The notes under the pieces are model-generated. The model did no database searches. It had not been told where the DNA came from and was given only the letters and a program-made list of their open reading frames with translations. This document shows, piece after piece, positions 10,151 to 19,589 of a DNA stretch of 64,000 bases; the first letter of the stretch is position 1, and the number at the start of each line of letters is the position of its first letter. The DNA comes from Myxococcota bacterium (GTDB taxonomy: Bacteria > Myxococcota_A > UBA796 > GCA-2862545), in contig JBCCQY010000007.1 in NCBI GenBank assembly GCA_039208735.1, positions 1 to 64,000 of the forward strand, read 5' to 3'. A program made the position numbers and the translations under genes.

Positions 10151-10574
10151 TGCCGATGAGGTAGCGGTACCGCGGGTCCTCGAGAAGCGAAGCCAGCGTC
10201 CGCACCTCGGGATGCCCGGGTCGCCGCGCGAGGTGCACCACGTGGGTGTCATCGATCGCGACGGCCACGTGGGCGCCCCAGGCCTCGGGCGTTCGGTGGA
10301 GCAACACCAAGTCCAACGCCTGCATCTGGGTCACCAAGACCGTGTCTTCGCGGTCTTCCCACAATTCGCTGGATCGCAGCCAAGGGACCCGTCGGCCGTG
10401 CCAGTCGACAAGTCGATACGCGAAGACCTGACAGTTGGCGGCGGCCGGCCATTCTTCAGGCGCCTGGGGACGTGACAACGCGCCAGGATGAACCGAGCCG
10501 CGGTAGCGCATGGCCCGCAAGGGTTCGGGCAGCCAGTCAAGGGTTGGGGGCGGGACGACCTCCTCGAGAACCAC
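10119..10574 (-). CDS. Small NlpC/P60-like (papain-fold) hydrolase
   Basis: ANCQVFAY (Cys), LDLVLL, WGAHVAV (His), VVHL; ends YLIGIKRP. Confidence 0.6.
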   Translation of the reverse strand: MVLEEVVPPPTLDWLPEPLRAMRYRGSVHPGALSRPQAPEEWPAAANCQVFAYRLVDWHGRRVPWLRSSELWEDREDTVLVTQMQALDLVLLHRTPEAWGAHVAVAIDDTHVVHLARRPGHPEVRTLASLLEDPRYRYLIGIKRPGVAAAR

Positions 10575-10599
10575 CCCTGTAATTCAAGACTCGTCGTCG

Positions 10600-11421
10600 T
10601 CACACGCCGAATTGGGCTTGAAACGCACCGAGCGTGCGCTGGTCCCGGGTGCCGTCGTAGATCGCGAACATCACACGGTCAAAGGCCTTCGCGAAGGGTT
10701 CGGTGTCGAGCCATGATCCAAATGCCCGCGCCACGACCGACGGTTCGTTGCCAAACACGCCGCATCCCCAGGCTCCAAGCAGAAGCGTGCGATGCCCGGC
10801 GTCCTTGGCCACCCCCAACACCAACGAGGCACGCCGACGAAGCGTACGGGTGATGTCGTCGTGCCCCTGCGGCTCACGGCGCAAGTGTTGGGTGGCGTTG
10901 GGCGCGGGGGCGACGATCACACTGGCCAAGAAGGGATGTTCAAGCAAATCGCGGTTGCGAGAGCGAAAGAACGGCACGCGAGGCGCATAGATCAGGTGAT
11001 CGGTGTAGAGCATCGACGGCTCGTCCCGGTTGGCGTCGTAGTACTCCGGCTGGTCAAGCAAGCAGGGGTAGAGGCCTGAACACCGCGCCAGGTCCTCTTC
11101 TTGGGCCTTTGCTCCATTGAGAAACCCACCTCCCGGGTTTCGGGCGGAAGCAAAGTCAAGCAGCACCAAATCGCGGACACCCTGTTCTTCGACCAGGATC
11201 TGGGCCCAGGCCTGGGTCGTCCCTTCCACAACCTCGATTTGGGCGCTGGACGCTGCGGGAATCTCGTAAAACGGACCGACCTCACCCGGGCGGTACAGAC
11301 GGGTGTCCTCAATCGCAAGTCGCAACGCCGGTTGGATGGACCGTCGCGTGCCCGACGGCGCGACGTAGGCACCCGCGGACAGAATCTCCAAGGTGGATTT
11401 AGCCGTTCCCTTCAGCGACAT
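10600..11421 (-). CDS. TIGR02452-family protein, bacterial poly(ADP-ribose) glycohydrolase-like macrodomain
   Basis: FASARNPGGGFLNGAKAQEEDLAR (GGG-x-QEE signature) and LLLGAWGCGVFGN; start MSLKG at 11421. Confidence 0.88.
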   Translation of the reverse strand: MSLKGTAKSTLEILSAGAYVAPSGTRRSIQPALRLAIEDTRLYRPGEVGPFYEIPAASSAQIEVVEGTTQAWAQILVEEQGVRDLVLLDFASARNPGGGFLNGAKAQEEDLARCSGLYPCLLDQPEYYDANRDEPSMLYTDHLIYAPRVPFFRSRNRDLLEHPFLASVIVAPAPNATQHLRREPQGHDDITRTLRRRASLVLGVAKDAGHRTLLLGAWGCGVFGNEPSVVARAFGSWLDTEPFAKAFDRVMFAIYDGTRDQRTLGAFQAQFGV

Positions 11422-11467
11422 GCGGGCTCCGGGTCGGGGGTAGCCCAGTCGGGTACCGCGCCGAGCG

Positions 11468-13360
11468 TCAATCTGCGTTCTCCGACCGTGAACGAAGGAG
11501 GTGGACAGGAATCGGAAGCCGTGCTTCAGCGCAGCCGGGCACCTCGCGGTCGCACAGGAGCCGAAGGTCCGACGCATCATCCCGACGTCGATGTGCCATC
11601 CATACCGCTTTTGCGACCTCCGCACGCGGATCGTTTCGGGCGTGCAATGCCGAAGCTTGCAGGCGGAGCAAATCAGGATCTCGCGGGGCACGAGCCAACC
11701 CCTCCGCGGTGGCATCGAGCGCACCGGCCGCATCTCCGGTCGACAGACGGGCCCGCGCCAAGTCGCGCCAAGTTGCGGTATCGCGAGGGGCCTCGGTCGC
11801 GAGCCGGGCAAACGCGGAGGCCGCCTCCGGCCATCGCCAAGCCGCCGCCAACGCATCGGCGCGAGCTCTCGTGATCGCGGGGTGGGGACCGACCTCCGCC
11901 TCCGCGCGGGCCGCGGCCGCAAGGGCCGACTCCGTGCGCAGCTGTCGTCCCCAGAGCTGCGCGCGAAGCACCTCCACCGCGGCGCGGGCCCGAGCGTTGG
12001 GCGCCAACGGTTCAGCCTGGGCAAGCGCTCGTAACGCCTCGCCTAACGACTCGGATCGAGCGTGGAGCAACCCCAAGGCGTAGGCATAGGCTGCATCGAA
12101 GGTCGTGGGTGGCCCGGGCGCAGCCGTCGCCACGGCCAGGGTGTGTTCGGGAATCGGACCACAGCCCGAGAGGGTCGATGGCGTGGTCACCGAACAGGCC
12201 GCCTCCTTAAGGGCGCCAGGGTGCGGGCGATGGCGAAGTTCCGCACGGACCTCAGGGGCTTGTGCGGCCCCGGCCACCACGGTCCGAAACACGCGTGCAT
12301 CCCCGGCTTCAACGCGATGATCCCAGGCCACCACCCCGATGCGATGGGCGTGATGCCGACGTTCGGGTCGCCCCGACGCATCGAGGACTTCGGTACGCAC
12401 GCGATGGGCGGCCGGGTCGGAGACCTCGTTGACCGACCACGGCCCGATGTCGAGCGCGATCCAGGTGTCTTGGGCATCCCCAAGACCTCCGGGGAACGCA
12501 TGACCCACCCCTACATTGTGAACCACCACGTCCACCACGAGGTCCGGGCCCTGCGGTTGGGCCACGACCCAGAGCTGAACGGCCTTCTGCAGTTGGTCGA
12601 GCACCACGTCGAGATGCCCAGTCTGGGCCGCAAGCGCCGTTTGTCCACCTGCGAACCGATGTCCGTCGAAATGGCAGTCGATGCACCCCCGGGGAGGATG
12701 CGGCTCCACGGGCGAAAGCCGCCGCGCATGACTTCCCGCCGCCGCCGAGGCAGCGTGAGCCCCGAGATCATCAAGTCCCGAGACAACCGAGGCATTTCCC
12801 GTTCGTTCGTCGAGAAACCCACGATGGCATGCGCCGCACACGGCTCCGGAGGTCAACGCGGCGGGACGCATGCGAGCCCGATGCGCCGCAAGACCCGTTC
12901 CGTCCGGAGCCGGGTACGGCACCTCCGACGTGTTGACCCGGTAGCTGCCGTTGCCATCGGGGGTGGCCGCCTCGGTTCCATGGCAGACCAAGCACGTCAC
13001 CCCTATGCGGGCCAGCGGGTCGGCCGGATCGACGTTCCCCTCGATCTGACCCGTGACGAGCAGCACCGGATCGTGACATCCGGCACAATGGCGACTCGCT
13101 GGACGCCCCTCCTCTTCGCGCAGGGCCTCGACGCTCGCGCGGTACCACGGATTGTCGAACGAAGCGTGCGCATGCGCAGAGCCTTTCCATCCTGCGAAGG
13201 CCGCGGGATGGCAGCGGGCACATCGCTGCACGTCGGCGAGCGGGTCAGGAGCCCCGACCAGCTCGGTAGCCGACGGCTCGAACGGGCCGTGAGTCATGGG
13301 CAAACGCACCGGTTGCGGATCAAGTCCCGCCGCACACGCCAACAGTCCCCATCCGATCAT
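11468..13360 (-). CDS. Pentaheme cytochrome c (c554-like) with C-terminal TPR repeats
   Basis: Five CxxCH motifs (CARCH, CAGCH, CLVCH, CGACH, CIDCH); W.GSAHA and GHAFPGG motifs; Ala/Arg-rich TPR tail; ATGA overlap with the upstream gene. Confidence 0.85.
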   Translation of the reverse strand: MIGWGLLACAAGLDPQPVRLPMTHGPFEPSATELVGAPDPLADVQRCARCHPAAFAGWKGSAHAHASFDNPWYRASVEALREEEGRPASRHCAGCHDPVLLVTGQIEGNVDPADPLARIGVTCLVCHGTEAATPDGNGSYRVNTSEVPYPAPDGTGLAAHRARMRPAALTSGAVCGACHRGFLDERTGNASVVSGLDDLGAHAASAAAGSHARRLSPVEPHPPRGCIDCHFDGHRFAGGQTALAAQTGHLDVVLDQLQKAVQLWVVAQPQGPDLVVDVVVHNVGVGHAFPGGLGDAQDTWIALDIGPWSVNEVSDPAAHRVRTEVLDASGRPERRHHAHRIGVVAWDHRVEAGDARVFRTVVAGAAQAPEVRAELRHRPHPGALKEAACSVTTPSTLSGCGPIPEHTLAVATAAPGPPTTFDAAYAYALGLLHARSESLGEALRALAQAEPLAPNARARAAVEVLRAQLWGRQLRTESALAAAARAEAEVGPHPAITRARADALAAAWRWPEAASAFARLATEAPRDTATWRDLARARLSTGDAAGALDATAEGLARAPRDPDLLRLQASALHARNDPRAEVAKAVWMAHRRRDDASDLRLLCDREVPGCAEARLPIPVHLLRSRSENAD

Positions 13361-14808
13361 CGCGTGACGCGGATCCGAAGCCAGCCGGGCACGAAGACGA
13401 GGAAGAGTCCCCACCATCCAACCGATCCGCCGGTCTGGCAACCTGAACTCTTGGGGGCGGCCGACGTGGGCTCCGGAGCGGCTTCGGGCGCGGTCGAGGC
13501 CTCGAGTCCCGGCAGAGGGTCCTGCAGCAAACTCGCCAGCTTCGGGGTGGCCTTTGCCACGCCTCCAGACAGCGCCGACCGTGCGGTGGCCACCTCGGAA
13601 GCGCCCTTGGGAGGTCCTGCCCAATTTCCTCGACGGGGCTTTTCACAAGTCACCTCCTCCGTCCACGGATGGAGGATGGCGTAGCGGCCCTGGAAGGTGT
13701 TGCTCGAACTCGCGTGGGCCCCAGAGTCGGCAAAGGTGCCATCGGGCAGTGGCGTTCCTTGTCCTCCGCGCATGGGCGGCCCGGCCTCGAACACCAAATC
13801 GCTGTCGAGACCATCGGCTTCGTAGCGGTAATGCAGGCGGGTGAGCACGAATGACTGTGGGGACTCGATCAGGTCATTGCCCAAGGTCGCAAGTTCCGAC
13901 GGATTCAACGCGGGCTGGGGGCAGGGATCGCACCACGATGCATCCCAGCTGTACTCGGTGACCACCGTACGGGGAGCGGCCACCTGGCTGAACAGCGCCT
14001 CGTAGAAGCCAGCAAAGTCCTGCTGGACGTCTTCGGTGACCCGCAGATTCGTGGGAATGAAGACGTTGTCGTAGTTCGCGACCTGGTACCGCTGACCCGG
14101 AGCCAGGATGTGGACCAAAAGGTCCTGCAGCCCTTGCGCATTGAGGAGTCCAAGCCGAACGGGCAGGGAAAACGAATCGCTGTCGTAGTTCATCCGAAGT
14201 GGAGACAGGACCGCACGGTCTCCTTCGAAGGTGACGCGCTCGGGATCGACACGCGCCACAAAGAACTTCGTCCCCGCGGCCACGTAGGGTTCAAGAACCT
14301 TGTTCGCGCCCTTCGGGATGTTGTACTTCTCCTTGCGCAACCACTTGTCGAGGCCCGAGGAATCCTTGGCCGACAAGACGACGATGTCGTACTCGCCAAC
14401 CTGAAATTGCGCCTCGATCTTCACCCCAAGCCCGGTCTTCCGGGCGGATGGCACCTTCTCGGCCATGGTGGACTTCATCAACATGCGAACGGGAGGTTCC
14501 AAGCACGGATCGCGTTCCCAGTAGGCCACGAGCCGCGGCGAGGCGAGCGCGTCTACCCGCGAAAAGATCTCACGCGGCAACGTCTTGACGTTCTTCTTCT
14601 GCAGCACCTGAGGCACCGGCACGACCATGGCGAACGCCTCGGGCGGGCCCTGGTAGCTGTTTTGCATCGACAAGACGGTCTGCGTGCCCGACCGCATCAT
14701 GACCACCATGGTCGCGTCGTTGTAGAGCGAGCTGTCCGCTCCGCTCACGTAGAACCCACAAAAGGCGTATACCGGGGTCACGAACCACGTAATCAGCAAA
14801 GGGATCAT
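13357..14808 (-). CDS. DUF2330-domain exported protein with MYXO-CTERM-like tail
   Basis: AFCGFYV, FAMVVPVP, VGEYDIVVL, WCDPC and LTRLHYRY motifs; tail SSGC..WWGLFLV..R. Confidence 0.85.
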   Translation of the reverse strand: MIPLLITWFVTPVYAFCGFYVSGADSSLYNDATMVVMMRSGTQTVLSMQNSYQGPPEAFAMVVPVPQVLQKKNVKTLPREIFSRVDALASPRLVAYWERDPCLEPPVRMLMKSTMAEKVPSARKTGLGVKIEAQFQVGEYDIVVLSAKDSSGLDKWLRKEKYNIPKGANKVLEPYVAAGTKFFVARVDPERVTFEGDRAVLSPLRMNYDSDSFSLPVRLGLLNAQGLQDLLVHILAPGQRYQVANYDNVFIPTNLRVTEDVQQDFAGFYEALFSQVAAPRTVVTEYSWDASWCDPCPQPALNPSELATLGNDLIESPQSFVLTRLHYRYEADGLDSDLVFEAGPPMRGGQGTPLPDGTFADSGAHASSSNTFQGRYAILHPWTEEVTCEKPRRGNWAGPPKGASEVATARSALSGGVAKATPKLASLLQDPLPGLEASTAPEAAPEPTSAAPKSSGCQTGGSVGWWGLFLVFVPGWLRIRVTR

Positions 14809-14857
14809 GGGGGGCTCCAGTCAGGCGCGACGAGGGTACCGCGGCCCTCCCCGGGTT

Positions 14858-15400
14858 TCAACGCGTCACGTGCTTGGGCGCCAAACTCACCACGAGCGCC
14901 CCTTCGGTCGCAAACGAGGTGTCCGTGCCGGGCGTGACGACAGGCCCCACCCCAAACCGCGGCCCAATCGTGACCCGGCCCACCGTCCCGGCTCCCTGCA
15001 GCTCAAACAGCAGCGGCAATCGCGCCTCGCCCACGGCCGTCACGGCCAACGGAGCCGCAATGACGCCCTGAATGGCCCAGCCGGACTGGACGGGCCCGGC
15101 CGCGATGAACGGCGTGGCGGTGAGACCGAGGGTCGGCCGCACCAAGGGCACGATCAGGCCACCCGAAACGCCCCCATCGATCTGCCAGCCCCGCGAACCT
15201 CGCCGGAGTTGCCATCGGCGACCGACCGCGACGTCCACCGCACCACGGTCGGTACGAACCGTCGCCGCAACCCCCACCTCCCCCAAGCGGATCGACGCCG
15301 AAAGGTCGTGCAGCCCGAGCACCACGGTGGGTTCATCGCGAAGCCCACGTAGGGCAACCGGATCCGCCCACGCGGCGCTCCAAAGCCAAACCCCAATCAT
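14858..15400 (-). CDS. Exported hypothetical protein
   Basis: Signal peptide ending AAWA; beta-rich; ATGA-coupled to the upstream hydrolase. Confidence 0.55.
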   Translation of the reverse strand: MIGVWLWSAAWADPVALRGLRDEPTVVLGLHDLSASIRLGEVGVAATVRTDRGAVDVAVGRRWQLRRGSRGWQIDGGVSGGLIVPLVRPTLGLTATPFIAAGPVQSGWAIQGVIAAPLAVTAVGEARLPLLFELQGAGTVGRVTIGPRFGVGPVVTPGTDTSFATEGALVVSLAPKHVTR

Positions 15401-16278
15401 GGCATCACCGCCTCAGCCCCTGGAAATGGTCCTGCAAGGTCTCGGTCGACGCCCGTGAGCTGGACGTCGAGGTTGGCGTCGATCACCGACAACGCCGCCT
15501 CCCTCAAGGCGGTTCGGTCGCCTTCAAGGGGACCGTCGCGATCGAGTTCGCCGGGGCGAGCGTCGTCGGTCCAGCCGAAGTGGTTCAAACCGGGCACCAG
15601 CCACAGGGCGGCATCCGAAAATCGCTCCGTGAGTCGTTCAACGAACTCGTCGGGCCCCAACAACGCATCGGTGGTGCCCGAAACCCCGATCACCGGTCGG
15701 CCAGCCTGGCTCTCGACGTCGTCGCCCGCAGCGGGAAACGCCGCCAACAGCACCAACAAGTCGATCGACGCATCGTCGACCCACTGGCGAGCCGCCATGA
15801 CCCCTCCCAAAGAGTGGCCCGCAACCGCCACCGGGCCTTCGGCCGGCACCAGATCCTGCAGCAACCCGGCTCGCTCCGCCTGACGCCGCAATGCGGCCAA
15901 TGCCAACGCCCCGTTGCCAGGTTGGGTGATCGCCAGATCCAGCTCCGCGCGAGGCAGGACGGTCACGAACCCCCGGCTAGCGAAGTGGGATCCGAGCCAC
16001 CAGTACCGTTCTGGAGGCACCAACCCCCCGTGGATCAGCACCACGACCGGGGCATCGGTGACCGCAGGCTCAGGCGCCTGGTCCCCGGGCACCGCCTCGG
16101 TCGGAAAGATCACATCGACGGGCACAACCTCACTCACCCGACCGGGAGCCGATAGCTCCACCCGCGCCGCACCGAACGTCCCGTCCTGCCCGTCTTCACC
16201 GGTTCGAGCCGCATCGAAACCCACGAGCAACTCGGGGTCACCCACGGCGCACGCAACCCAGACCCACCACGCCATCAT
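15397..16278 (-). CDS. Alpha/beta hydrolase (chlorophyllase-like/Abhydrolase_5), lipoprotein
   Basis: VVLIHGG, HFASRGFVTV, nucleophile elbow GHSLGG, G..D, GLNH; GGAGG RBS upstream of 16278. Confidence 0.85.
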   Translation of the reverse strand: MMAWWVWVACAVGDPELLVGFDAARTGEDGQDGTFGAARVELSAPGRVSEVVPVDVIFPTEAVPGDQAPEPAVTDAPVVVLIHGGLVPPERYWWLGSHFASRGFVTVLPRAELDLAITQPGNGALALAALRRQAERAGLLQDLVPAEGPVAVAGHSLGGVMAARQWVDDASIDLLVLLAAFPAAGDDVESQAGRPVIGVSGTTDALLGPDEFVERLTERFSDAALWLVPGLNHFGWTDDARPGELDRDGPLEGDRTALREAALSVIDANLDVQLTGVDRDLAGPFPGAEAVMP

Positions 16279-16334
16279 CGTGCGTCCTCCACCTTTGCGG
16301 GCTGTGGTATGCCCACTGGCGCAATGGGGGCAAC

Positions 16335-18866
16335 ATGCAGGTTCTCGCGCTGGCAACCTCTCTGGCCTTCGGGTCGGGTCATGCACTGCTCATCGGAGCC
16401 AATGAAATCAAAGGTGGGTCCACGTTTCCCGCCGCCGCGGCCGATGTCGACGCCATGGAGCGCGTCCTCGTTCGGACCTTCGACTACCCGCGAAAGAACA
16501 TTCGGACGCTGACCGGATCCGAGGCCACCCGAGAGGCTGTGAAGCGGGAACTCACGGAACTCGTGGGTCGCCTCGACAAGGATGACACCGTCGTCATCTA
16601 CTTCGCCGGCGCAGGGGCCCAGGTTCAGGATCAAGGCCGAGATGAACCCGCAGACCAATGGGACGAAGCCTGGGTGCTCTACGACGGCATCATGGTCGAC
16701 GATGAACTCCACGGATTCCTCGCGCCCATCGGGACGCAGGCTCAGCATGCGGCCCTCATGATCGACGCCAGCGTCGAAGGGGTACCGGGGAGCCGGGTGG
16801 GCACCGACCTCGTGCGGCGAATCGACGACGTCGAAGCATCTTCCGACGAGATCTCCACGGAAGATGGCCAGCCCCACTGGCCCAACCCCGAGGGATTCGT
16901 GACCCTTGAAGGGGCCGCACGAGGGGCCGCGACCGAGGGGGAGTCGTTGGGGCGCTTCACCGAGACGTTTGTCACGTACGCCCCCCAGGCGAGCACCTAT
17001 CGCAGCCTCGAGCAGCTCTTGCTGACCCACATCGGAGCCGTCAGCCGGCAGGTGCCTCGCATTTACGGCGCCGACTTAAGCGGAGCCGTCTTTGGGTCGG
17101 AACACCGCATCGAAAAGGTCGAATTCGGAAAATTTGAACTCGAACCCACCAAACTCGCGGTTTCACTTCAGCTCGACGGCCGAGCAAGCTGGGAGCAACT
17201 CGCCGACGAACTGCGTCGTGGCGTCAAGAGCGACCGGGAATATGCGCAGTGGATCGCATTCGATGACGCGGATGCGGGCATGGTGGTGCGACCCGACCCC
17301 TTAAACCCAGGAGGATTGCAGATTGTCGGTCCCGAAGGCACGATCCGCAACCGGATGACCCCCGAGGAGGGGGCCGTCATCTCGCAGACCCTGCGGTACC
17401 TCTGGTTCCACGCACGTCAACGAGCGCTGCTGGCCCTGCAAGCTCCCCTCGATGACACCATTCAAGTGCGACTCATCGAAGCGGAAAAGCAGTACACTTG
17501 TGCCGGAGATTGGCTGCAGGCCTCGGTTGGCGAAGAACAGCAAGTGCCGGTGTGCCATCGTTGGCAGCTCGAGGTCACCCTGGCGGAGGGCTCGGACGAT
17601 CGAGAAGTCGGTGGCTTTTTGCTTTTCAACGACGGTCACACCGTGGGCTTTCCCGTCGATGCTCGGCCCGTGACCGTAAAGGCCGGACGCAGCCACGTCT
17701 TCCCGCTGCCGGTGATCCCAGGCGAGCCACCGGGCGTGCCCTCCTCGCCTCCGCTCAACATCACCGAGCACGCCTTGGTGTTCGCGGGTCCGAAGGGGAG
17801 TTCCGTGCCCTTCCACAACGTCTCCAACGTGTCCGGCCGCGTGCGAGGGAGCCGCAAAATCGATGGGTCGTGGGGGCTTGCGCACCTACCGTTTCGGGTG
17901 GTGCCGAACACCGAGGCGGACCCCAAGGAATCTCGTCAGACCCGCGAGCTGACCCTCAACAACTTCGGGATCGATCACCTGCTGCCTGAAGACACCAACT
18001 CCTACCTGTATCGCCTGCTCGAACGCACCAAAGAACTGGCCGACTACCGAGATGGCGACGGCGTTCCCTACGCCCAGTGTGTGCCCGACGACCGGCTATC
18101 GAAGGCCACCTCGAGCCTGCGGCCCGAATCGGAGTGGCCGGGAGGAACCTGTTGGCCCCGCCCGTGGGACTTCCGTGAAGACGACAAGATGCTGCTGGAC
18201 CCGGCCCCCGGCATCGATTGCTCATCGACGGTGTGGTGGCTGTTCACGCGGACATGCCTTGGAAATGTTCGCCTCGAACCTCCGCAGCCCGAGGGCCGCG
18301 AGTCCTTCAACTCGGGCTCGTACGTCCGACGCGTGCAAAAGTGGCACACCGAAACCCGGAAATGCCTACTGCTCTCCGACGAGACCTTCCGCGGAGGCTA
18401 CCTGTCGACCTCGGCGATGCTCATCGAAGACCTGATGGACGACCATTGGGAAGACTGTACCGAAGGACCCTTCCGAACCGGCGATGTGTTGGTGACCAAG
18501 CGCCGGAACGGCGGAGGCGGCCACACCTACGTGATGATCGATCCCGACAAGTTTGTGGTGTTCGGCTCACACGTGGCGGACTACGACTTCGACCGCAAGC
18601 TCACCGAAGAAGAAAAGGCCTTGTGGGCGGACTACGGGCCGGCCGCAGGACGGGTGTGGGATGCCGGCGTCGAGTACCAGTACCTCACCCTGCGCGGCAA
18701 AGAAGACCTCGAACAGGGTCAGGCCGGAGGCTTCGGACCTGAGGTCTTGCGCAAGTGTTGGCGGCACAAAGCCATTGCGAAGCAGTGGGATGAAAACCCA
18801 TCTTCCCAAGCCGGAAGTGGCAACGTCGACGGACTGTGCAGCGCCGAGCGCTGCCCACTGCCGTAG
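16335..18866 (+). CDS. Exported caspase-like (C14) protein lacking the catalytic dyad, with C-terminal NlpC/P60-like domain
   Basis: HALLIG, DVDAM, L.GSEATREAV, YFAGAG, DE..DQWDE, DDEL and IDAS caspase-fold motifs; C-terminal GVPY..GIDCSSTVWW..GDVLV..GHTY. Confidence 0.75.
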   Translation: MQVLALATSLAFGSGHALLIGANEIKGGSTFPAAAADVDAMERVLVRTFDYPRKNIRTLTGSEATREAVKRELTELVGRLDKDDTVVIYFAGAGAQVQDQGRDEPADQWDEAWVLYDGIMVDDELHGFLAPIGTQAQHAALMIDASVEGVPGSRVGTDLVRRIDDVEASSDEISTEDGQPHWPNPEGFVTLEGAARGAATEGESLGRFTETFVTYAPQASTYRSLEQLLLTHIGAVSRQVPRIYGADLSGAVFGSEHRIEKVEFGKFELEPTKLAVSLQLDGRASWEQLADELRRGVKSDREYAQWIAFDDADAGMVVRPDPLNPGGLQIVGPEGTIRNRMTPEEGAVISQTLRYLWFHARQRALLALQAPLDDTIQVRLIEAEKQYTCAGDWLQASVGEEQQVPVCHRWQLEVTLAEGSDDREVGGFLLFNDGHTVGFPVDARPVTVKAGRSHVFPLPVIPGEPPGVPSSPPLNITEHALVFAGPKGSSVPFHNVSNVSGRVRGSRKIDGSWGLAHLPFRVVPNTEADPKESRQTRELTLNNFGIDHLLPEDTNSYLYRLLERTKELADYRDGDGVPYAQCVPDDRLSKATSSLRPESEWPGGTCWPRPWDFREDDKMLLDPAPGIDCSSTVWWLFTRTCLGNVRLEPPQPEGRESFNSGSYVRRVQKWHTETRKCLLLSDETFRGGYLSTSAMLIEDLMDDHWEDCTEGPFRTGDVLVTKRRNGGGGHTYVMIDPDKFVVFGSHVADYDFDRKLTEEEKALWADYGPAAGRVWDAGVEYQYLTLRGKEDLEQGQAGGFGPEVLRKCWRHKAIAKQWDENPSSQAGSGNVDGLCSAERCPLP

Positions 18867-19556
18867 TCACCGGCCTCCCCCCAACAGGCCTTGGGTAGCC
18901 AGGGCGTCAAGGTGACGAATTCCCTCGGCAAAACCTGGCACCCACCGCACCGACGGCAACCACGCAAGCCCCCGGGAAAGCCATTCGATCAACGTGGTCG
19001 TGGCTTCGGTGTGCGCGCTTCGGTCGAGCAGCCACCACAGGATGACGCCCATCTGAACCCAGTAGGCAAGGCGCCCTAGCGGTTCGGCCACGCTCGCCGG
19101 GACATCGGTAGCCTGCGCCACCGCGACTTCGAACCGCTCACGGACTCGGCTGCGGGACGCCTCGGTGTGCGGGGACAAAAGGCCGACCTCGGGGTCGGCG
19201 AGCAGCACTCCGAGCATGGAACGCAGGACGTCCCGATGGGGCGCCAACACCGCCAAGCTCGCCCGCAAGGTCGCAGCGAACCGCGTGGCTAGCGGCCCTT
19301 GGGGCCCCTCGAAGGTCGTAAACGACTTCGACAAGCGGTCGTACAGCTCGACCACCACCGCCGACTTGCTCGGGAAGTAGCGGTACAGCAGCCCCGGCGA
19401 GACCCCCGCAACCTTGGCGATGTGACGAAGGGTGGTCGCCTCGTAGCCCCGGGCATCGAAGGCGGTGATCGCAGCTTCATAGAGCCGCTCGCGCGTCGCT
19501 TCTCCACGTGCGGTAGGTCCTGGAGGCCGGCCTCGCTTTCGCTTTTCCATGAACAT
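18867..19556 (-). CDS. TetR/AcrR-family regulator
   Basis: TRERLYEAAITAF..RGYEATTLRHIAKVAGVSPGLLYRYFPSK; true start may be ATG 19550. Confidence 0.92.
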   Translation of the reverse strand: MFMEKRKRGRPPGPTARGEATRERLYEAAITAFDARGYEATTLRHIAKVAGVSPGLLYRYFPSKSAVVVELYDRLSKSFTTFEGPQGPLATRFAATLRASLAVLAPHRDVLRSMLGVLLADPEVGLLSPHTEASRSRVRERFEVAVAQATDVPASVAEPLGRLAYWVQMGVILWWLLDRSAHTEATTTLIEWLSRGLAWLPSVRWVPGFAEGIRHLDALATQGLLGGGR

Positions 19557-19562
19557 GTTTAT
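19549..19562. promoter_or_regulatory. Candidate TetR operator in AT-rich divergent promoter
   Basis: Near-palindrome ATGAACATGTTTAT over the TetR start. Confidence 0.5.
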
Positions 19563-19589
19563 CTATATTTTAGACACCAGGGAGGACCT

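Noticed and set aside
7157..10252. 1031-aa minus-strand ORF
   Set aside because: Antisense shadow of the propeller/cytochrome gene; no motifs; expected from high-GC codon bias
11422..12024. Long N-terminal extension of the PARG ORF in the ORF track
   Set aside because: Arg/Pro-rich alternative frame overlapping the cytochrome gene; family similarity starts at MSLKG (11421)
12062..13684. 540-aa plus-strand ORF
   Set aside because: Antisense shadow of the multiheme cytochrome gene
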